Shown here one piece after another: positions 22,300 through 36,120 of a stretch of DNA of 64,000 bases. Numbering within the stretch: the stretch's first letter is position 1; every line of letters begins with the position of its first letter. Below the pieces are notes generated by a model. The model did not search any database. It was not told the DNA's origin and saw nothing but the letters and a program-made list of their open reading frames with translations. The stretch covers positions 2,324,680 through 2,388,679 of the forward strand of contig BCKQ01000001.1 of assembly GCA_001600695.1 (NCBI GenBank), read 5' to 3'. The DNA is from Ascoidea asiatica JCM 7603 (taxonomy: Eukaryota; Fungi; Ascomycota). A program made the translations under genes and the position numbers.

Positions 22300-23661
22300 A
22301 TGTCAACTCCAAGGCCAAAACCTTGGGAAGTTTCATCAGGGACTTCTGCTGCTGTTGCTTCTGGACAGCCTACAAATGTTCAAGAAATCATAGGATCGTC
22401 TACAAATTCTCTTACATCTTCTGGTATAAACACTACTTCCAACTCTACAGTTGCTCCAGTTCTGCCTTTTAGAGATTCTATAACCAATTCTTCAAATCTA
22501 TTGGATTCAACAGTTTCAAATACTTCCTCTTCACTTTCAAATCTATCTAATCCTTACAATTCTTCTTATGGCTCTTCTTATGGTTCATCATATGGGTCTG
22601 GTTATGGTGGTTTAAGTTCCATGGGAATGTCTTCAGGCCTTGGAAGTTATGGTGGATATGGATCTGGTTATGGTGGATATGGATCTGGATATGGATCTGG
22701 TTATGGTGGATATGGAAATTCAATGTATGGTATGGGTATGGGCATGGGTATGGGTATGGGAATGGGTATGAATAACATGGGTATGAATGGCGTGAGCATG
22801 GGAATGGGAATGAATAATGATAATTTAAATCAATCGACTCAAGCAACTTTTCAATTAATTGAGACTTTAATTGGTGCTTTTACTGGTTTTGCTCAAATTT
22901 TAGAAGCGACTTTTATCGCAACTCATTCAAGTTTTTTCACAATGATCTCTGTAACTGAACAATTTAAAATGTTAAAAGATTTAATAATAAATGGCTTTCT
23001 TTCATTCTTTGATATTTCTAAGCTAATAAACTTTATTAAAAGACTATTAAAAAATACTTCAAATAATCATATAATTAAATCTATCTTCCCTTCCATATCC
23101 AACTCAAAACTTCTTTCTTCCAATTCATCAGATCATAACCAAGATAATTTAAAAACTATAAAAGATTCACCCAATTCCAGTTTTTCTAATATTTCTGATA
23201 GAATAAAATTAGATTATAAACACAATGTTTTTGAAACAAAAGATAATAAAAATTATAAGAATAAAATTAAAAATAAATTTGATCCTTCAAAGAAACCTTT
23301 AATAATTTTTTTATTGTCAGTGTTTGGTCTTCCAATTATTTTCAACAAATTGTTACTTTATTTATTCAAAAAACAAAAAAATATTTACAAAAATCAATTA
23401 TCTTCGTTATCTAATCCAAATTTAAATTATGTTTCAAATAATTTAAATTTTTCAAGAGCTCTATATGATTTCAATCCAGAAAATCCAAAGATTGAATTAT
23501 CTTTCAAAAAAGGTGAAATTTTATCTGTTTTAAATGATATCAATACTTCAAATGCTAATAATTCTAATAATCAATGGTGGAGATGTTCTAAAAAAGATGG
23601 CACAATAGGCTATGCTCCTTCTAATTATCTTCAATTAATACCCAAACAACAAAACATATGA
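22300..23661 (+). CDS. PEX13: Peroxin-13 (peroxisomal docking/translocation, C-terminal SH3)
   Basis: PRPKPWE N-terminus, YG-rich repeats, STQATFQLIE.LIGA..GFAQ.LE.T..ATH.SFFTMISV.EQF, and an SH3 domain (ALYDFNPEN...WW....DG.IGY.PSNY). Confidence 0.95.
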   Translation: MSTPRPKPWEVSSGTSAAVASGQPTNVQEIIGSSTNSLTSSGINTTSNSTVAPVLPFRDSITNSSNLLDSTVSNTSSSLSNLSNPYNSSYGSSYGSSYGSGYGGLSSMGMSSGLGSYGGYGSGYGGYGSGYGSGYGGYGNSMYGMGMGMGMGMGMGMNNMGMNGVSMGMGMNNDNLNQSTQATFQLIETLIGAFTGFAQILEATFIATHSSFFTMISVTEQFKMLKDLIINGFLSFFDISKLINFIKRLLKNTSNNHIIKSIFPSISNSKLLSSNSSDHNQDNLKTIKDSPNSSFSNISDRIKLDYKHNVFETKDNKNYKNKIKNKFDPSKKPLIIFLLSVFGLPIIFNKLLLYLFKKQKNIYKNQLSSLSNPNLNYVSNNLNFSRALYDFNPENPKIELSFKKGEILSVLNDINTSNANNSNNQWWRCSKKDGTIGYAPSNYLQLIPKQQNI

Positions 23662-24127
23662 AATCATCTATGATTCTATCATAAAAATAAACAATCTTTT
23701 TATATTTTCAATTAAAATTAAAAAATATTCTAATATTCAAACTAAATGTTGAGTTCATTGATTCAAAAATTATACATTTCAATGCTTAATGCTTAATGTA
23801 CTTAGTAAAGGAAATTTTACATCTCCATATTATTACAGTCATTTAGCATAATACTTACAACTGTTTTAGTCTAGTACTATGTGCACATGACCTTTCTTTT
23901 TTCATCAATTTTCAAATTTCTATTCACCGTTCGATTAATTTACCGTTGAATAAATTTAAATCAAAAGTGGTTCTGAAAAATTAACTTGTTTTTACACAAT
24001 CTCAGAATTCAATAAATAGAAATAGATTGATTGTAATTACTATTTATAGTTTCTTTAGCTTAAAAGATAGTTATTTATATTGATTTCTTTGTAGTCTGTT
24101 AAATATTATTTTCAAGTATTGGAAATA

Positions 24128-26449
24128 ATGGCGACATACTTGAAATACATTCTACCAAAGAGGTTGAATTTAGTCTCAAGTCCACTATTAATAAGTAATA
24201 ATTCTATTCAAAAATCATTTGTAAATAATAATTCAAAAAAAGGAGTAGTCAATGGTTTGACTAAATTTAGATTTTTTCATAACACAACTTCAAAAAAGGC
24301 AACTTATGAAGAAGAAAAACAAATTATAGATGACCTAAATAAAACTTTATTACCTTCAGATGTTGCAAGATTATCAAGAATGAGAAATATTGGTATTTCT
24401 GCTCATATTGATTCCGGAAAAACAACATTTACTGAAAGAGTTTTATTTTACACCGGTAGAATAAAGCAAATTCATGAAGTTAGAGGTAATGATAAAGTTG
24501 GTGCTAAAATGGATTCCATGGATTTAGAAAGGGAAAAAGGTATTACAATTCAATCTGCTGCAACATATTGTTCTTGGGATAAAGATGATACAAATTATCA
24601 TTTTAATTTGATTGATACCCCAGGACATATTGATTTTACTATTGAAGTAGAGAGAGCTTTAAGAGTTTTAGATGGTGCTGTTCTTGTTGTTTGTGCTGTT
24701 TCTGGTGTTCAATCTCAAACTGTTACTGTTGATCGTCAAATGCGTCGTTATAATGTTCCAAGGGTTACTTTCATTAATAAAATGGACAGAATGGGCTCTG
24801 ATCCTTTTAGAGTTATTGATCAAATTAATAAAAAATTGAAAATGCCTGCTGCTGCTGTTCAAATTCCAATTGGTGCTGAATCTGATTTAAAAGGTGTTGT
24901 AAATATTATTGATAAAGTTGCTTTATATAATGAAGGATCACAGGGTGAGAAAATTGTAACTAAAGAAGTTCCTGCTGATTTAGTTGATTTAATGGAAGAA
25001 AAAAGAAGTGTATTAATTGAAACTTTAGCCGATGTTGATGATGAAATTGCAGAAATTTTCCTTGATGAAAAAGTTCCTACTCCTAAACAAATTAAGGATG
25101 CTATACGAAGAGCAACAATTGCAAGAAAATTTACTCCTGTTTTAATGGGTTCAGCTTTAGCTAATAAAGGTGTTCAACCAGTTCTTGATGCAATTTGTGA
25201 TTATTTACCAAATCCTTCTGAAGTTTTAAATAAAGCTTTAGACATTGATCAAAATGAAAAACCTGTTAATTTAGTTCCTTCTGAAAAAGATCCTTTTGTT
25301 GGGTTAGCATTCAAATTAGAAGAAGGTAATTATGGTCAATTAACTTATTTAAGAGTGTATCAAGGAAAAATCAAGAAAGGTGGATATCTTACCAATGTCA
25401 AAACTGGTAAAAAAATCAAAGTATCAAGATTAGTGAGAATGCATTCAAATGAATTGGAAGATGTTTCTGAAATAGCTTCAGGTGAAATATGTGCAACTTT
25501 TGGTATCGATTGTAGTTCTGGTGATACATTCAGTGACGGTGTTAATTATACAATGACTTCAATGTTTGTTCCGGATGCTGTTATTTCTTTAGCAATCAAA
25601 CCAGATACAGCAGATACAACTAATTTTTCTAAAGCTGTTAATAGATTTCAAAAAGAAGATCCAACATTTAGAGTTAAGTTCGATCCAGAATCATCCGAAA
25701 CTGTTATTTCTGGTATGGGTGAATTACATCTCGAGGTTTATATTGAAAGAATGAGAAGAGAATATAATGTTAAATGTACTACAGGTAAACCCCAAGTTGC
25801 CTATAGAGAAGCAATTTTAGGTTCGGCTGAATTTGATTATACCCATAAAAAACAATCTGGTGGTGCAGGTCAATATGGTAGAGTTGTTGGTATAATGAAA
25901 CCTGAAGAAGGTAAAAATCATTTTGAAACACAAATTGTTGGAGGTAGAATTCCAGACAAATACTTATTCGCCTGTGAAAAGGGATTTAATGAATCCTGTG
26001 AGAAAGGCCCATTAATTGGTCATAAAGTTTTAGGATGTAATATGTTAATTAATGATGGTCAAATACATGTAGTCGATTCAAGTGAATATTCATTCAAAGC
26101 AGCTACGATTGGTGCATTCAAACAAGCATTTTTACAAGCCAACCCTGTTATCTTAGAACCAATTATGCAAGTGACAGTTACTTCTCCTAATGAATTTCAA
26201 GGTAATGTTATAGGATTATTAAATAAACTTATGGCAATTATTCAAGATACAGAAAATGGACCGGATGAATTTGTTATGACGGCTGAGTGTTCTTTAAATT
26301 CGTTGTTTGGAATCGCCACTTCATTGAGAGCTGCTACTCAAGGTAAAGGAGAATTTTCAATGGAATTTAAGCAATATTCTCCATGTCCTGCTCATTTACA
26401 AAGAGAATTAATAGCTGAATTTGAAAAAAAACAAAAAAGTAAAAAATAA
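24128..26449 (+). CDS. MEF1: Mitochondrial elongation factor G1
   Basis: [50 protein letters not shown] and [12 protein letters not shown], after a presequence-like N-terminus. ATG is at 24128; the track start is TTG. Confidence 0.97.
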   Translation: MATYLKYILPKRLNLVSSPLLISNNSIQKSFVNNNSKKGVVNGLTKFRFFHNTTSKKATYEEEKQIIDDLNKTLLPSDVARLSRMRNIGISAHIDSGKTTFTERVLFYTGRIKQIHEVRGNDKVGAKMDSMDLEREKGITIQSAATYCSWDKDDTNYHFNLIDTPGHIDFTIEVERALRVLDGAVLVVCAVSGVQSQTVTVDRQMRRYNVPRVTFINKMDRMGSDPFRVIDQINKKLKMPAAAVQIPIGAESDLKGVVNIIDKVALYNEGSQGEKIVTKEVPADLVDLMEEKRSVLIETLADVDDEIAEIFLDEKVPTPKQIKDAIRRATIARKFTPVLMGSALANKGVQPVLDAICDYLPNPSEVLNKALDIDQNEKPVNLVPSEKDPFVGLAFKLEEGNYGQLTYLRVYQGKIKKGGYLTNVKTGKKIKVSRLVRMHSNELEDVSEIASGEICATFGIDCSSGDTFSDGVNYTMTSMFVPDAVISLAIKPDTADTTNFSKAVNRFQKEDPTFRVKFDPESSETVISGMGELHLEVYIERMRREYNVKCTTGKPQVAYREAILGSAEFDYTHKKQSGGAGQYGRVVGIMKPEEGKNHFETQIVGGRIPDKYLFACEKGFNESCEKGPLIGHKVLGCNMLINDGQIHVVDSSEYSFKAATIGAFKQAFLQANPVILEPIMQVTVTSPNEFQGNVIGLLNKLMAIIQDTENGPDEFVMTAECSLNSLFGIATSLRAATQGKGEFSMEFKQYSPCPAHLQRELIAEFEKKQKSKK

Positions 26450-26480
26450 AATTAGCCACTTTGATAATTATTCTTAGTCT

Positions 26481-26497
26481 TGTATATACTGTAAATA
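26481..26497 (+). promoter_or_regulatory. Tandem Puf3-type elements TGTATATA and TGTAAATA in the MEF1 3' UTR
   Basis: 32-48 nt after the stop; the first has the -2 C typical of Puf3 sites. Confidence 0.6.
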
Positions 26498-26891
26498 AAG
26501 CAAAGTATTATGCCTGTTTTTTTCTTGTTTAATCTAATTTAATTGAAATAATATTCCAATGTTTAGTTTAACTTATCCGTAGACGCTGTATTTTTAATAG
26601 CCATTAAAGATAATATTGCCTTTATTCACAATCTGAAAGAGTCTGAATCTTATCACCGTACTTTATTCTGAAGAGCTCCACCGAGCGGATTGGTTTTGTT
26701 TTGTATTACTGAGCTCTGTTTTTGTCTCGCGGAAATCCAAATATATTAATTTTTATGTAAATTTTAATATCAGCCTAATCATAAAATCAATCAAACAAAA
26801 AGACTGACTGAATAATTGAGGTAATCATTTGGTTAAATCTTTTATAAATATATCAATGCTCTAAGGCTTGTATGAAACATTTGCTAAAAAT

Positions 26892-27339
26892 ATGGCTTCA
26901 AATAAAAATTTTACAATTGCTAATAAATCTAACAGAAAATCCAAAAGAGCTTTATCTTCAAAAGGACAAAATACTCAATTTGACGAGTCTGAATATAGTA
27001 ATAACTCAATCAATACAGATATAACAGAGGATGCAGAGGGATTTTTGGAAAATATAGATGCTATAAAGCATATGTTGAAAAGTGACGATGACAATGACAA
27101 TGAAAATGATAACAATAATGAAGGGAGAAGCCAGACTCAGAATACTACACATCCACTTTTTGGTGATGATGATGATGAAATATTTCAAGGTGACGAAGAA
27201 GATGGTAGTTATAATGCTGATTATAATAACAATTATGAAAAAAATAATTCTAACAATCTTGAACTCAGTGCTATCAATACGGATGATAATGAGGGTAATA
27301 CAGACAGTTTAGCTTCTTCTTCTGATGAGTTCAATGACT

Positions 27340-27373
<34 letters not shown>

Positions 27374-30293
27374 GAATAATGATGGTGGCGATGATAAGAA
27401 CCAAGAAAATCAAGAAGAAAGCTCTAAGTTAAATAATTCTGATTACTATGAGGATGACACTGATGAGAATATTGAGAGAAAAAAGAGATCAAAAAGAATA
27501 AAAGGAAAAAAAAAAGGAATATTAGATTTCAGTGATCAGGATGACGACGATGCTTACGATACTGATGAAGAACAGGCATTAAATCCAAATTCAGCCAATT
27601 TTAAAGATATGTTAAGAAGTGCCAGGAACTTCAAAGTCAAAAATAAAAAATCACTTAAAAGACCTCTTTCAAAAACTGCAAGAATTAGAAGAGAAAAAGA
27701 CTTCGATCCTGAAATTAGAATGCATTTAAGTTTAGGAAATGAAGCTTTTGTTACTGGAGATCTTATAAATGCAGAAAAGCATTATCTTGAAGTTGTCACG
27801 AAAGATCCAAAAGCCTTTGCAGCTTATAAGACTTTAGGGGATATATATAAACAACAAGGAGATAAAAATAAATGTTGTAATTATTGGATACTTGCGGCAA
27901 GAAATAATCCTTCTGATGGACCGTTTTGGAGAACTGTTGGTGAACTCAGTAGAGATTGTGGTCATGCAAGTCAAGCTATTTTTTGTTTTAATTCGGCATT
28001 AAGTGCTGATAATGAAGATTATGATTCTCTTTATTATAGATCAATTCTTTATAGAGAAAATCGTCAGTTTGGTAAAGCTTTAAAAGGATTTCAAAAGTTA
28101 CACCAATTATTTCCGGTTGATACCACTATCATAAGAGAAATTGCTTTAGTTTATGCTGAACAAAATCGTATAAATGAAGCCATTGAAATGTACTTGAATA
28201 TGTTAAATCAAAATCAAAACGCAAGTAAAATACAACTGAATCTTATACCTATTTTTGGCTGGTCTGAATTAAATATTTTAATGGAACTTTATTCAAAACT
28301 AGCTGCTTGGGATTTAGGATTGAAAAAAGCTAAAACTATTGCCAGATGGATTCATAATAGAGAAAAAGAAACTTGGTGGGATGAAATAGATGATGATTCC
28401 GAATTTGATGACAGAAGATTTGTTCATAAGAAATACATTGGCTTGCCTTCATCTTTAAGAAAAAAATCTAACTCTTTACCAATTGATATTAGAATAAAAT
28501 TTGGAATTTTTAGATTAAATCAAGGTAATACTAATGAGGCATTAAGACATTTTGATTTTCTTTTAGACCAAGAACCTAGTGATATAAGTGATTTAATTCT
28601 TGAAGTTGGAAAATCCCTTGTAACTAATTATTTATACGCTGAGGCTTTAAAGATATTTACTCCATTATCATATTGCGATGAATTGAATACTATTGAATTA
28701 GTTATGTTGATTGCTAAATGCTTACAAGAAACAGGTGATTATGAACAAGCTATAGCAGCATTTTTATCAGTTATTGAAATTGAGCCTGATAATATTGAGG
28801 CAAAACTTGCTTTAAGTGAAATTTATGTTTATCTTGGAGAAAATGATCGTTCAAAAATGTTATTATATGAAATCAAGAGACAGCGAAATCAAGCAAATGG
28901 AATTGTAGATGATTCTAATGATTGTAGTAAATTAGTTGCTGTTAAAAGAGAAGGAGAAATTTCAATACCTGAAACTGATCAAGCAATTATTACTGATTAT
29001 ATAAAAATGGGTAAAGCAAGAAAGCTTAATGAACAAGAAAAAGCAGAAAGAGAAAAAATGTTCAGTGCAAGTAATGGAGAAATATATCAAAGATTACAAA
29101 GATTATATTCTTCAATAGAAAAAGAAAAAAATCAAGAAGCAGCAGATACTTGGTTACAATTATGTGGCGAAATTATTGGAGATTTTTGTAAAGTTAAAAA
29201 TTTTTTTCAAAGAGAAAAATTAAAATATCTTATAGGATTAATTAAAAATCGTGGAGAAGAAATAATGGATTTTGATTCAAGATTAGCAAGATTAGAAGAA
29301 TTGCAAGATGGATCAGGTAAATTAAAAACTAGAGATAATTTTGATTTTACTCAACAAGATTTTACAACTATTTCTAATAGTTTATCATTCAGAGGACTTA
29401 CGTTTGATGAATGGTTTGAACTTTTCATGAAATATTGTTTAATTTTATGCAAATATAAACAAAGTAAAAGAGGACTAGAAATTATGGAAATTGCAAAAAA
29501 TATTAATGTATTTCAAAAAGAAAAATATCGTCAAACTTTATCATTAGTTGAACTTTCAATTGGAATAATGATTAGTGATTATGAATTGATTGTTTTTAAT
29601 ATACGAAATATTTTGAATAAAAATGCATTTTCAAGAAATTCATATAAATTATTTTCAATAGCACTAAAATCCGGACAAGAAGCATTTGATTCATTTATTT
29701 CATTAAATCATCAAAAATATTTTTTAAGACAAATTAAAACGTGGGATTCAGTAAGATATGAAAAAGAAATTGTTGGACAAGCAAAAATTTATGGAGATTA
29801 TTCTGAATCAGATCTTAATAATGAAAGTCCATATTTAACAGTTATTTATGGAAATTTATTACATTCAGGTAAAAGTTATGTACCAAGTTTAGGATATTTT
29901 ACAAAAATTTATAAAGAATTTCCAAATGATCCAATGATTTGTTTAATGATGGGATTAGCACATTTACATAGATCCATGCAAAGATTAACAACTAGTAGAC
30001 ATTTACAAATTATTCAAGGGCTTTCATACATGATTGAATATATGAATATTAGAAAAGGAGAAAGTAAATTTGAAGAACAAGAAATATATTATAATTTTGG
30101 TAGATTTTTTCATCAATTAGGTATTAATACAATTGCAGCTGAATTTTATGAAAAAGTTTTACAAATTAAAGAAATTAATGAAGAAGATTATAATTTAAAA
30201 ATGGAAGCAGCATATAATTTAGTTTCAATTTATAATGTTAGTGAGAATTGTGAATTAGCAAATACGATAATGAATAGATATTTAACAATTTAA
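26892..30293 (+). CDS. TFC4: RNA polymerase III transcription factor TFIIIC subunit tau131 (TPR protein)
   Basis: Acidic N-terminus, DPEIR..LS.GNEAFV.GD, AYKTLGDIY.QQG, LPIDIR.K.G..RL, GLAHLHRSMQRLT..RH.QI.QGL and EAAYN motifs. ATG is at 26892. Confidence 0.93.
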
Positions 30294-30443
30294 GTATTTA
30301 AGTATTTAAGTATTTAATAAATAATATATAATATAATATAATGATGTATAATAGTGAAATAGTGATAGTAATTAGCAATATATGAAATTGTAGATAAATT
30401 GTAGATACTGTATATTTTATATAGGCTTGTATAATATAATAAA

Positions 30444-30761
<318 letters not shown>

Positions 30762-30905
30762 TCAATTTGTAGATACAAGATAGAATATATAAAATATAAA
30801 ATTTTAATTATTATACAATATATAATAAATGAAATAAGAATTTAAGTAATTTAGATATACTATATTAAGAATATCGAAGGGATGAGTTTAATATAAGTAA
30901 ATAAC

Positions 30906-30946
30906 GAAAATAGAAAATAGAAAATAGAAAATAGAAAATAGAAAAT
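30906..30946 (+). repeat. (GAAAATA)n heptamer repeat upstream of H4
   Basis: Seen directly. Confidence 0.75.
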
Positions 30947-31317
30947 TGAAAATGAAAAGGAAAATAAGAAGGGAATGATTGCTATTTATATCAGAATAAA
31001 ACCAGAGAATAACAGCAAGAATCTGAGGGCATATTTCTCGAACTAAATGGCCATAGTTAAGGAAGAGAGCCTTGAGTGCGAGAAATGCCAGTCTGAGAAA
31101 TCAATCTAATCGAAATCAAAAAATGGAGCTTTTCTAAGGCCATCTAAAACCATCTCTTAAAACCAATTCACTTCCAGATTAACGTTATGTTCTGATTTTC
31201 ATTAACTTTCACACTCACCCAAAAGCCAGTGCATTTCAGGACAAAGAATAGCCTTTTTTGGGGAGCTATAACAGGGTAAGCTAGGACATGCATTATTTTG
31301 ACAAGAAAGAAAAAAGT

Positions 31318-31325
31318 ATCACGTG
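31318..31325 (+). promoter_or_regulatory. Cbf1-type ATCACGTG in the H4/RNH70 divergent promoter
   Basis: Exact motif inside the GC island. Confidence 0.5.
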
Positions 31326-32031
31326 CTCTAGTTGGTTTTCACTTAAAATAGATGCTGGGTTCGAGGTCACACGCAGCACGCAGCCAGCAGATCGAAAGAA
31401 AGAAAAGCGCTGAGAGATCTGAGGCCAATTTGCTTTCTTTTTAGTGTACTTACTACGAGTACAGTACTTGAAAAGTGCTTACAGTACGGTAGTAATTAGT
31501 GCTTGGTGCTTAGCACTGTCATAGTCTGTAGTTCCACCGTCTGTAACTAATACGAATATCAATAGAAGAAGCAGTAACTTTATCATCAAATAAATATCAT
31601 TAAAAATCTCTATCAATAAAGGTTTATGATTGTTTAAATAATTATTAAATTAGTATCAAAAGTACTGGATCAGATATAATAACGACAATATATAATCAAT
31701 AAAGCTCATATTCATACTTCAAATACCCTTTCTTTACAGTAATATATATTATATGGAACAGTGAAACCAAATACTTTCTCCTTCCTTTGTTCCTTTTCAA
31801 ATTATTACAACTTCATCTAAGTACCATCTTCGACTAAGTATTCAAGTATCCAATTATACTGCTATCTGCTATCTGTTATCTGCTATTCAATATTCTATTT
31901 TCTATATTATATATTCAACCTGTACTATATTGATTTTGGCTAGATTATTTCTTTAACTGAGCTTCTTATAATTTTTTATCATATTCTTTGATATTGTTTT
32001 CAATAATTTTATATTCTATTCTAGTTACATA

Positions 32032-34743
32032 ATGGCAACTACAAGCACTCTAGGTATAGAAGATGAAAATGATGTTCATAAAAGAGTTGAGAGATTAAGT
32101 ATTACTGTGAATAACGACGAGAAACAAAAAATAATCTCTTCTTTAAAAGATAATAAACATAAAGAAAGAGTAAAAGAAAAAGATAATCTAAAAGATAGAG
32201 ATTTCAATAATAATATTACTTATACTAAAAGTTATAATAATAAGACCTATTATAATACTGATAATGGCAATAATAATCAAAATGATAAAAAATCAGTTAA
32301 TAATACTAATCATAAAAAGGTCAATAATCATTTAAAATCAATTACTCAGATTAATAATACTAATAACTCAAGTAATTTAAATAATAAAATTACAAAAAGA
32401 AAACATAAAAGGCAAAGTTCAAACTCAAAATTATCGATTGGTAATTCTCCAAATTCTCCAATATCTTCAAATTCTGCTTTTTCTTCTTCTTCCTCTCCTT
32501 CATCATCTTCTTCAAGACCATTATCCAATTCAAACTCCATATATTCTCATAACTCTCATAATTCACATAATTCTCATAACTCTTTTAACTCTCATAGTTC
32601 TCATAGTTCTTATAACTCAATATCTCCAAATATAACTTTTTATCCAAATAATAGTCAATCTAATATCAATAATACTACTTCCACAAATAATGAAAATAAT
32701 AATAACAAAAATAATGTGAGCCATGATAATAATAGTTCTCCAAATATTAATCAAAATAATGATCATAATAATGTAAACCATTTAGAAATACTTAATACTC
32801 AAAATAAAATATCAAAAAGAAGAAGATCTTCCGCTCTTAATAATACTTCTTCTTCTTCAATTAAACAATTAGTTAAGAAAAAAAAATTCCTCAAACCTCC
32901 GTCTTTGCATATTGATCCAAATCATTTAAAAAGAAAATTATCTATATCTGATTTAAGAGATTTATTACTTTATATATTTAATGATATTAATAGTATAAAT
33001 TGGCTAACTTTATCCAATAGAGCTAAAATTAAAAATTGTGTTTTTTTGTTTATACCGGGTTTAAATTTAAATAATTTCACAAATAATTTAAACAGCAATA
33101 CCAATTTAATTGAACCACAATTAATTTCAAAGGATTTAAAAATTTTAAAATCTTTAAAATTTTTCAATAATTTCAATCATTTTTTTCCAACGTTAGCTCC
33201 TGGTAGTAAAGAGTCTTTATATTCTCCATTTTTATCTTTAACTCAGGTACCTTTATCAAAAAATGAAAAAAAAATATTAAAAACTTCAATTGATTTAAAT
33301 AATAATAAAAAAATTACTTTATTTGATTTATTAATGAATATTCAAAATTTAATTACTCAAAATTATCCAATTCATTCAAATTTAATCTCAAAATATAATT
33401 TAAATAATACTATGTCCAATAATAATAATAGTAATGATAATGATAATTGGGTTGAAACTAAATTATTTAGTCATGCAGGTTCAAAAACTTTTGCAATTGA
33501 TTGTGAAATGTGTGAAGCTGCAAGTGGTAAAGTATTAACAAGAGTTTCTTTAATTGATTTTAATAATAAAATTTTATTAGATTCTTATGTCAAACCAGAT
33601 GAAGAAATTTTAGATTATATTACAAGATATTCTGGTATAACTGAAGAAATTTTAAAGAATGTTACAACAACTTTAAAAGATATACAAACTAAATTATTAT
33701 CAATAATTTCTTCTGATGATTTTCTAATTGGTCATTCTTTGGAAAGTGATTTAAATGTTTTAAAGCTAAAACATCCTTTAATTATTGATACTTCTGTAAT
33801 TTTTCAACATCCAAGAGGTCCACCTTCAAAACCAAGTTTAAAATGGTTAGCTTCAAAATATTTAAGTGAAGATATTCAAACCGGTAATGATGGTCATAGT
33901 TCCGTTGAAGATTCTTTAACATGTATGAATTTAGTTAAATTAAAAATTAAAAATGGTTTATCTTTTGGTATAAATTTAAATGATCAATCTCAATCAATAT
34001 TTAAAAAGTTATATAAAAGTACAAATATTGGAAAAAGTTTAATTTTAGATTATTCTTCAAATTTTAAATTTAATTCCAATAATGCTAATGGTAATAATAA
34101 TAATATTGACTTGAAACTATTTCCAATTGAAACTGAAAATGAATATGAGAAGAAAGTTCAATGTTTCAATGATGATGAAATAACAGATAATATAATTTCA
34201 AATATTGATAATAATAAGTTTATCTTAGCGAAATTAAGGGAATTAGAATTTGCCAAAGGATGGGTTGAAAAGCCAAAAACTTTCAAACCTACAGATATTA
34301 GTAATGATGAAACTCATACAAAAGCTAATATTGAAATGGATAATAATAATAGTGATATTAATGATAATAATGGCAATGAAAATGAAAATCATAGCATCAA
34401 CGAACATAATAATAATTTAGAAGAACATTATAAAAAGCTAAATTGTAGATTAGAAAGAATATATGATTCATTACCTGAATTTTCAGTAATGATTATTTGC
34501 TCGGGAACTGGGGATACAAGAGAAATGGTTAGATTACAGAATAAAAAAAGGGAGTTTCAGCAACAGTATAAATATAAAAAATTATCTGAAATTACAGTTT
34601 CATGGGATTTAACAGATGCAGAAAAATTAAGAAGATGTACTGAAGTTGCAAGAGGAGCTGTAAGTTTTGTTTGTTTAAAAAATAGTCAAACAAATAATAA
34701 AGATGATAATAAAGATGGAGAAAGTGCAATAATTGATTACTGA
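32032..34743 (+). CDS. RNH70: 3'-5' RNA exonuclease Rex1/Rnh70 (DEDDh)
   Basis: FAIDCEMC, LTRVSL, VKP...I.DY.TRYSGIT, IGHSLESDL.VLKLKHP.IIDT, KPSLKWL and GHSSVEDS, after a long low-complexity N-terminus. Confidence 0.9.
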   Translation: MATTSTLGIEDENDVHKRVERLSITVNNDEKQKIISSLKDNKHKERVKEKDNLKDRDFNNNITYTKSYNNKTYYNTDNGNNNQNDKKSVNNTNHKKVNNHLKSITQINNTNNSSNLNNKITKRKHKRQSSNSKLSIGNSPNSPISSNSAFSSSSSPSSSSSRPLSNSNSIYSHNSHNSHNSHNSFNSHSSHSSYNSISPNITFYPNNSQSNINNTTSTNNENNNNKNNVSHDNNSSPNINQNNDHNNVNHLEILNTQNKISKRRRSSALNNTSSSSIKQLVKKKKFLKPPSLHIDPNHLKRKLSISDLRDLLLYIFNDINSINWLTLSNRAKIKNCVFLFIPGLNLNNFTNNLNSNTNLIEPQLISKDLKILKSLKFFNNFNHFFPTLAPGSKESLYSPFLSLTQVPLSKNEKKILKTSIDLNNNKKITLFDLLMNIQNLITQNYPIHSNLISKYNLNNTMSNNNNSNDNDNWVETKLFSHAGSKTFAIDCEMCEAASGKVLTRVSLIDFNNKILLDSYVKPDEEILDYITRYSGITEEILKNVTTTLKDIQTKLLSIISSDDFLIGHSLESDLNVLKLKHPLIIDTSVIFQHPRGPPSKPSLKWLASKYLSEDIQTGNDGHSSVEDSLTCMNLVKLKIKNGLSFGINLNDQSQSIFKKLYKSTNIGKSLILDYSSNFKFNSNNANGNNNNIDLKLFPIETENEYEKKVQCFNDDEITDNIISNIDNNKFILAKLRELEFAKGWVEKPKTFKPTDISNDETHTKANIEMDNNNSDINDNNGNENENHSINEHNNNLEEHYKKLNCRLERIYDSLPEFSVMIICSGTGDTREMVRLQNKKREFQQQYKYKKLSEITVSWDLTDAEKLRRCTEVARGAVSFVCLKNSQTNNKDDNKDGESAIIDY

Positions 34744-35079
34744 TTATAGCTCAGTTACTGTTTTCTGCTACAAATAACTGGTTACAGCAACTGATTCTCA
34801 ATATTCTTAAAATTTAAAATTTTAAATTTCGAACTATTGATTAATGGCTGTCAGTTATGAGTTCTTTGTTATTTAATCTATTTATTTCTAATGACTAAAA
34901 ACATTTTTTTTTTTTTTATATAAAGTTTGATAGATTTGTAATTTTAGTTTAAGAAAAACCATTGTAATATATTAAAAATAAAGCGTATTTTCAAGTTAAA
35001 TTAATATTGTTGGATACTAATCATTAACTACTAATTATTGAATACTAATCATTTAATATTTATTGTTATACTATTGTAA

Positions 35080-35871
35080 TTATAAATTATAGTATTGTAG
35101 TACTCTTTCTTCTATATTATTCAAATCAAAATTATGCTGAATAATTTTAATAAGTTCAGCTTCATTATCCATTAATTGTTTTGGAGGAGGACCACCAGGC
35201 ATATCTGGCATCTGTTGCTGTTGAGACATTAAAATCTGATCCCCTACACTTGAATCATTTAAAAGTAAATTATAAATTGATCGAAGACCTAATAAATTAA
35301 CAAAATACCAAGATAAGGAAGATACCCATTTAACATTTAAATCACTTGTTTGAATACCAGACTGCAACATGGATTTAAATCTATAAGTTAAAGGAAAGGG
35401 TAATTTCATTACAATAAAACCTGCAAAAAAATAATTAACCCAACTCATTATTATTGTTTGAGGAATATAATTAGCTAAATTACCTTTTAATAAATTCATC
35501 ATCATATCAGTTCCTCCAGGTTCTGTTAATGGATTTGGAATTTCTGGTTCATCACTATTTGAATTCTCTTTGTTTGGTGTTGGAGCAATATAAGTGCCAT
35601 TTTTTAAATTTTCAAAATAAAATTCTTGTCTTTTTTTAAAGCTTTCTAGTGGAATTATAAAAGAATTTTTCCTAAAAGCGACAGATCTTGTCAAGAAATT
35701 TTTTTGTTTAATTTTATCAATATCATCTATAGATTTCTTTGGATTTGGTGCAATTAGTATTTGAATATAGTGTCTTAATACACCAACCATTACCATCACA
35801 AAAGTTATTGGCAACACAACCCAATATTTTAGCTGTGGATCCAAAACTAAATCAGGAAAAGCAGCAGACAT
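35080..35871 (-). CDS. EMC3: ER membrane protein complex subunit 3
   Basis: LDPQLKYWVVLPI, KGNLANYIPQTIIMSWVNYFFAGFIVMKLPFPLT.RFKSMLQSG and WVSSLSWYF. Confidence 0.96.
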   Translation of the reverse strand: MSAAFPDLVLDPQLKYWVVLPITFVMVMVGVLRHYIQILIAPNPKKSIDDIDKIKQKNFLTRSVAFRKNSFIIPLESFKKRQEFYFENLKNGTYIAPTPNKENSNSDEPEIPNPLTEPGGTDMMMNLLKGNLANYIPQTIIMSWVNYFFAGFIVMKLPFPLTYRFKSMLQSGIQTSDLNVKWVSSLSWYFVNLLGLRSIYNLLLNDSSVGDQILMSQQQQMPDMPGGPPPKQLMDNEAELIKIIQHNFDLNNIEERVLQYYNL

Positions 35872-36120
35872 TATTCAAAGAGCATTCAGTTATTCAATCA
35901 GTTTTTAATTATTTCACCTTCTAGACATAACCCTTGAAATCATCAATGTTATATAACATTACTTTCCTGAAATTTAGTTGAACAGCCTTCAAGATCGATA
36001 TATTTTTAATCTTAATCATACTTTATTGCTGATTGATACGTTCTTTGTTTTTTAGACTTTTTTAGTGGGTGTTGCACTATTCTCAAAACCGGTGACACTT
36101 TCCCATACATTATTAATAGT

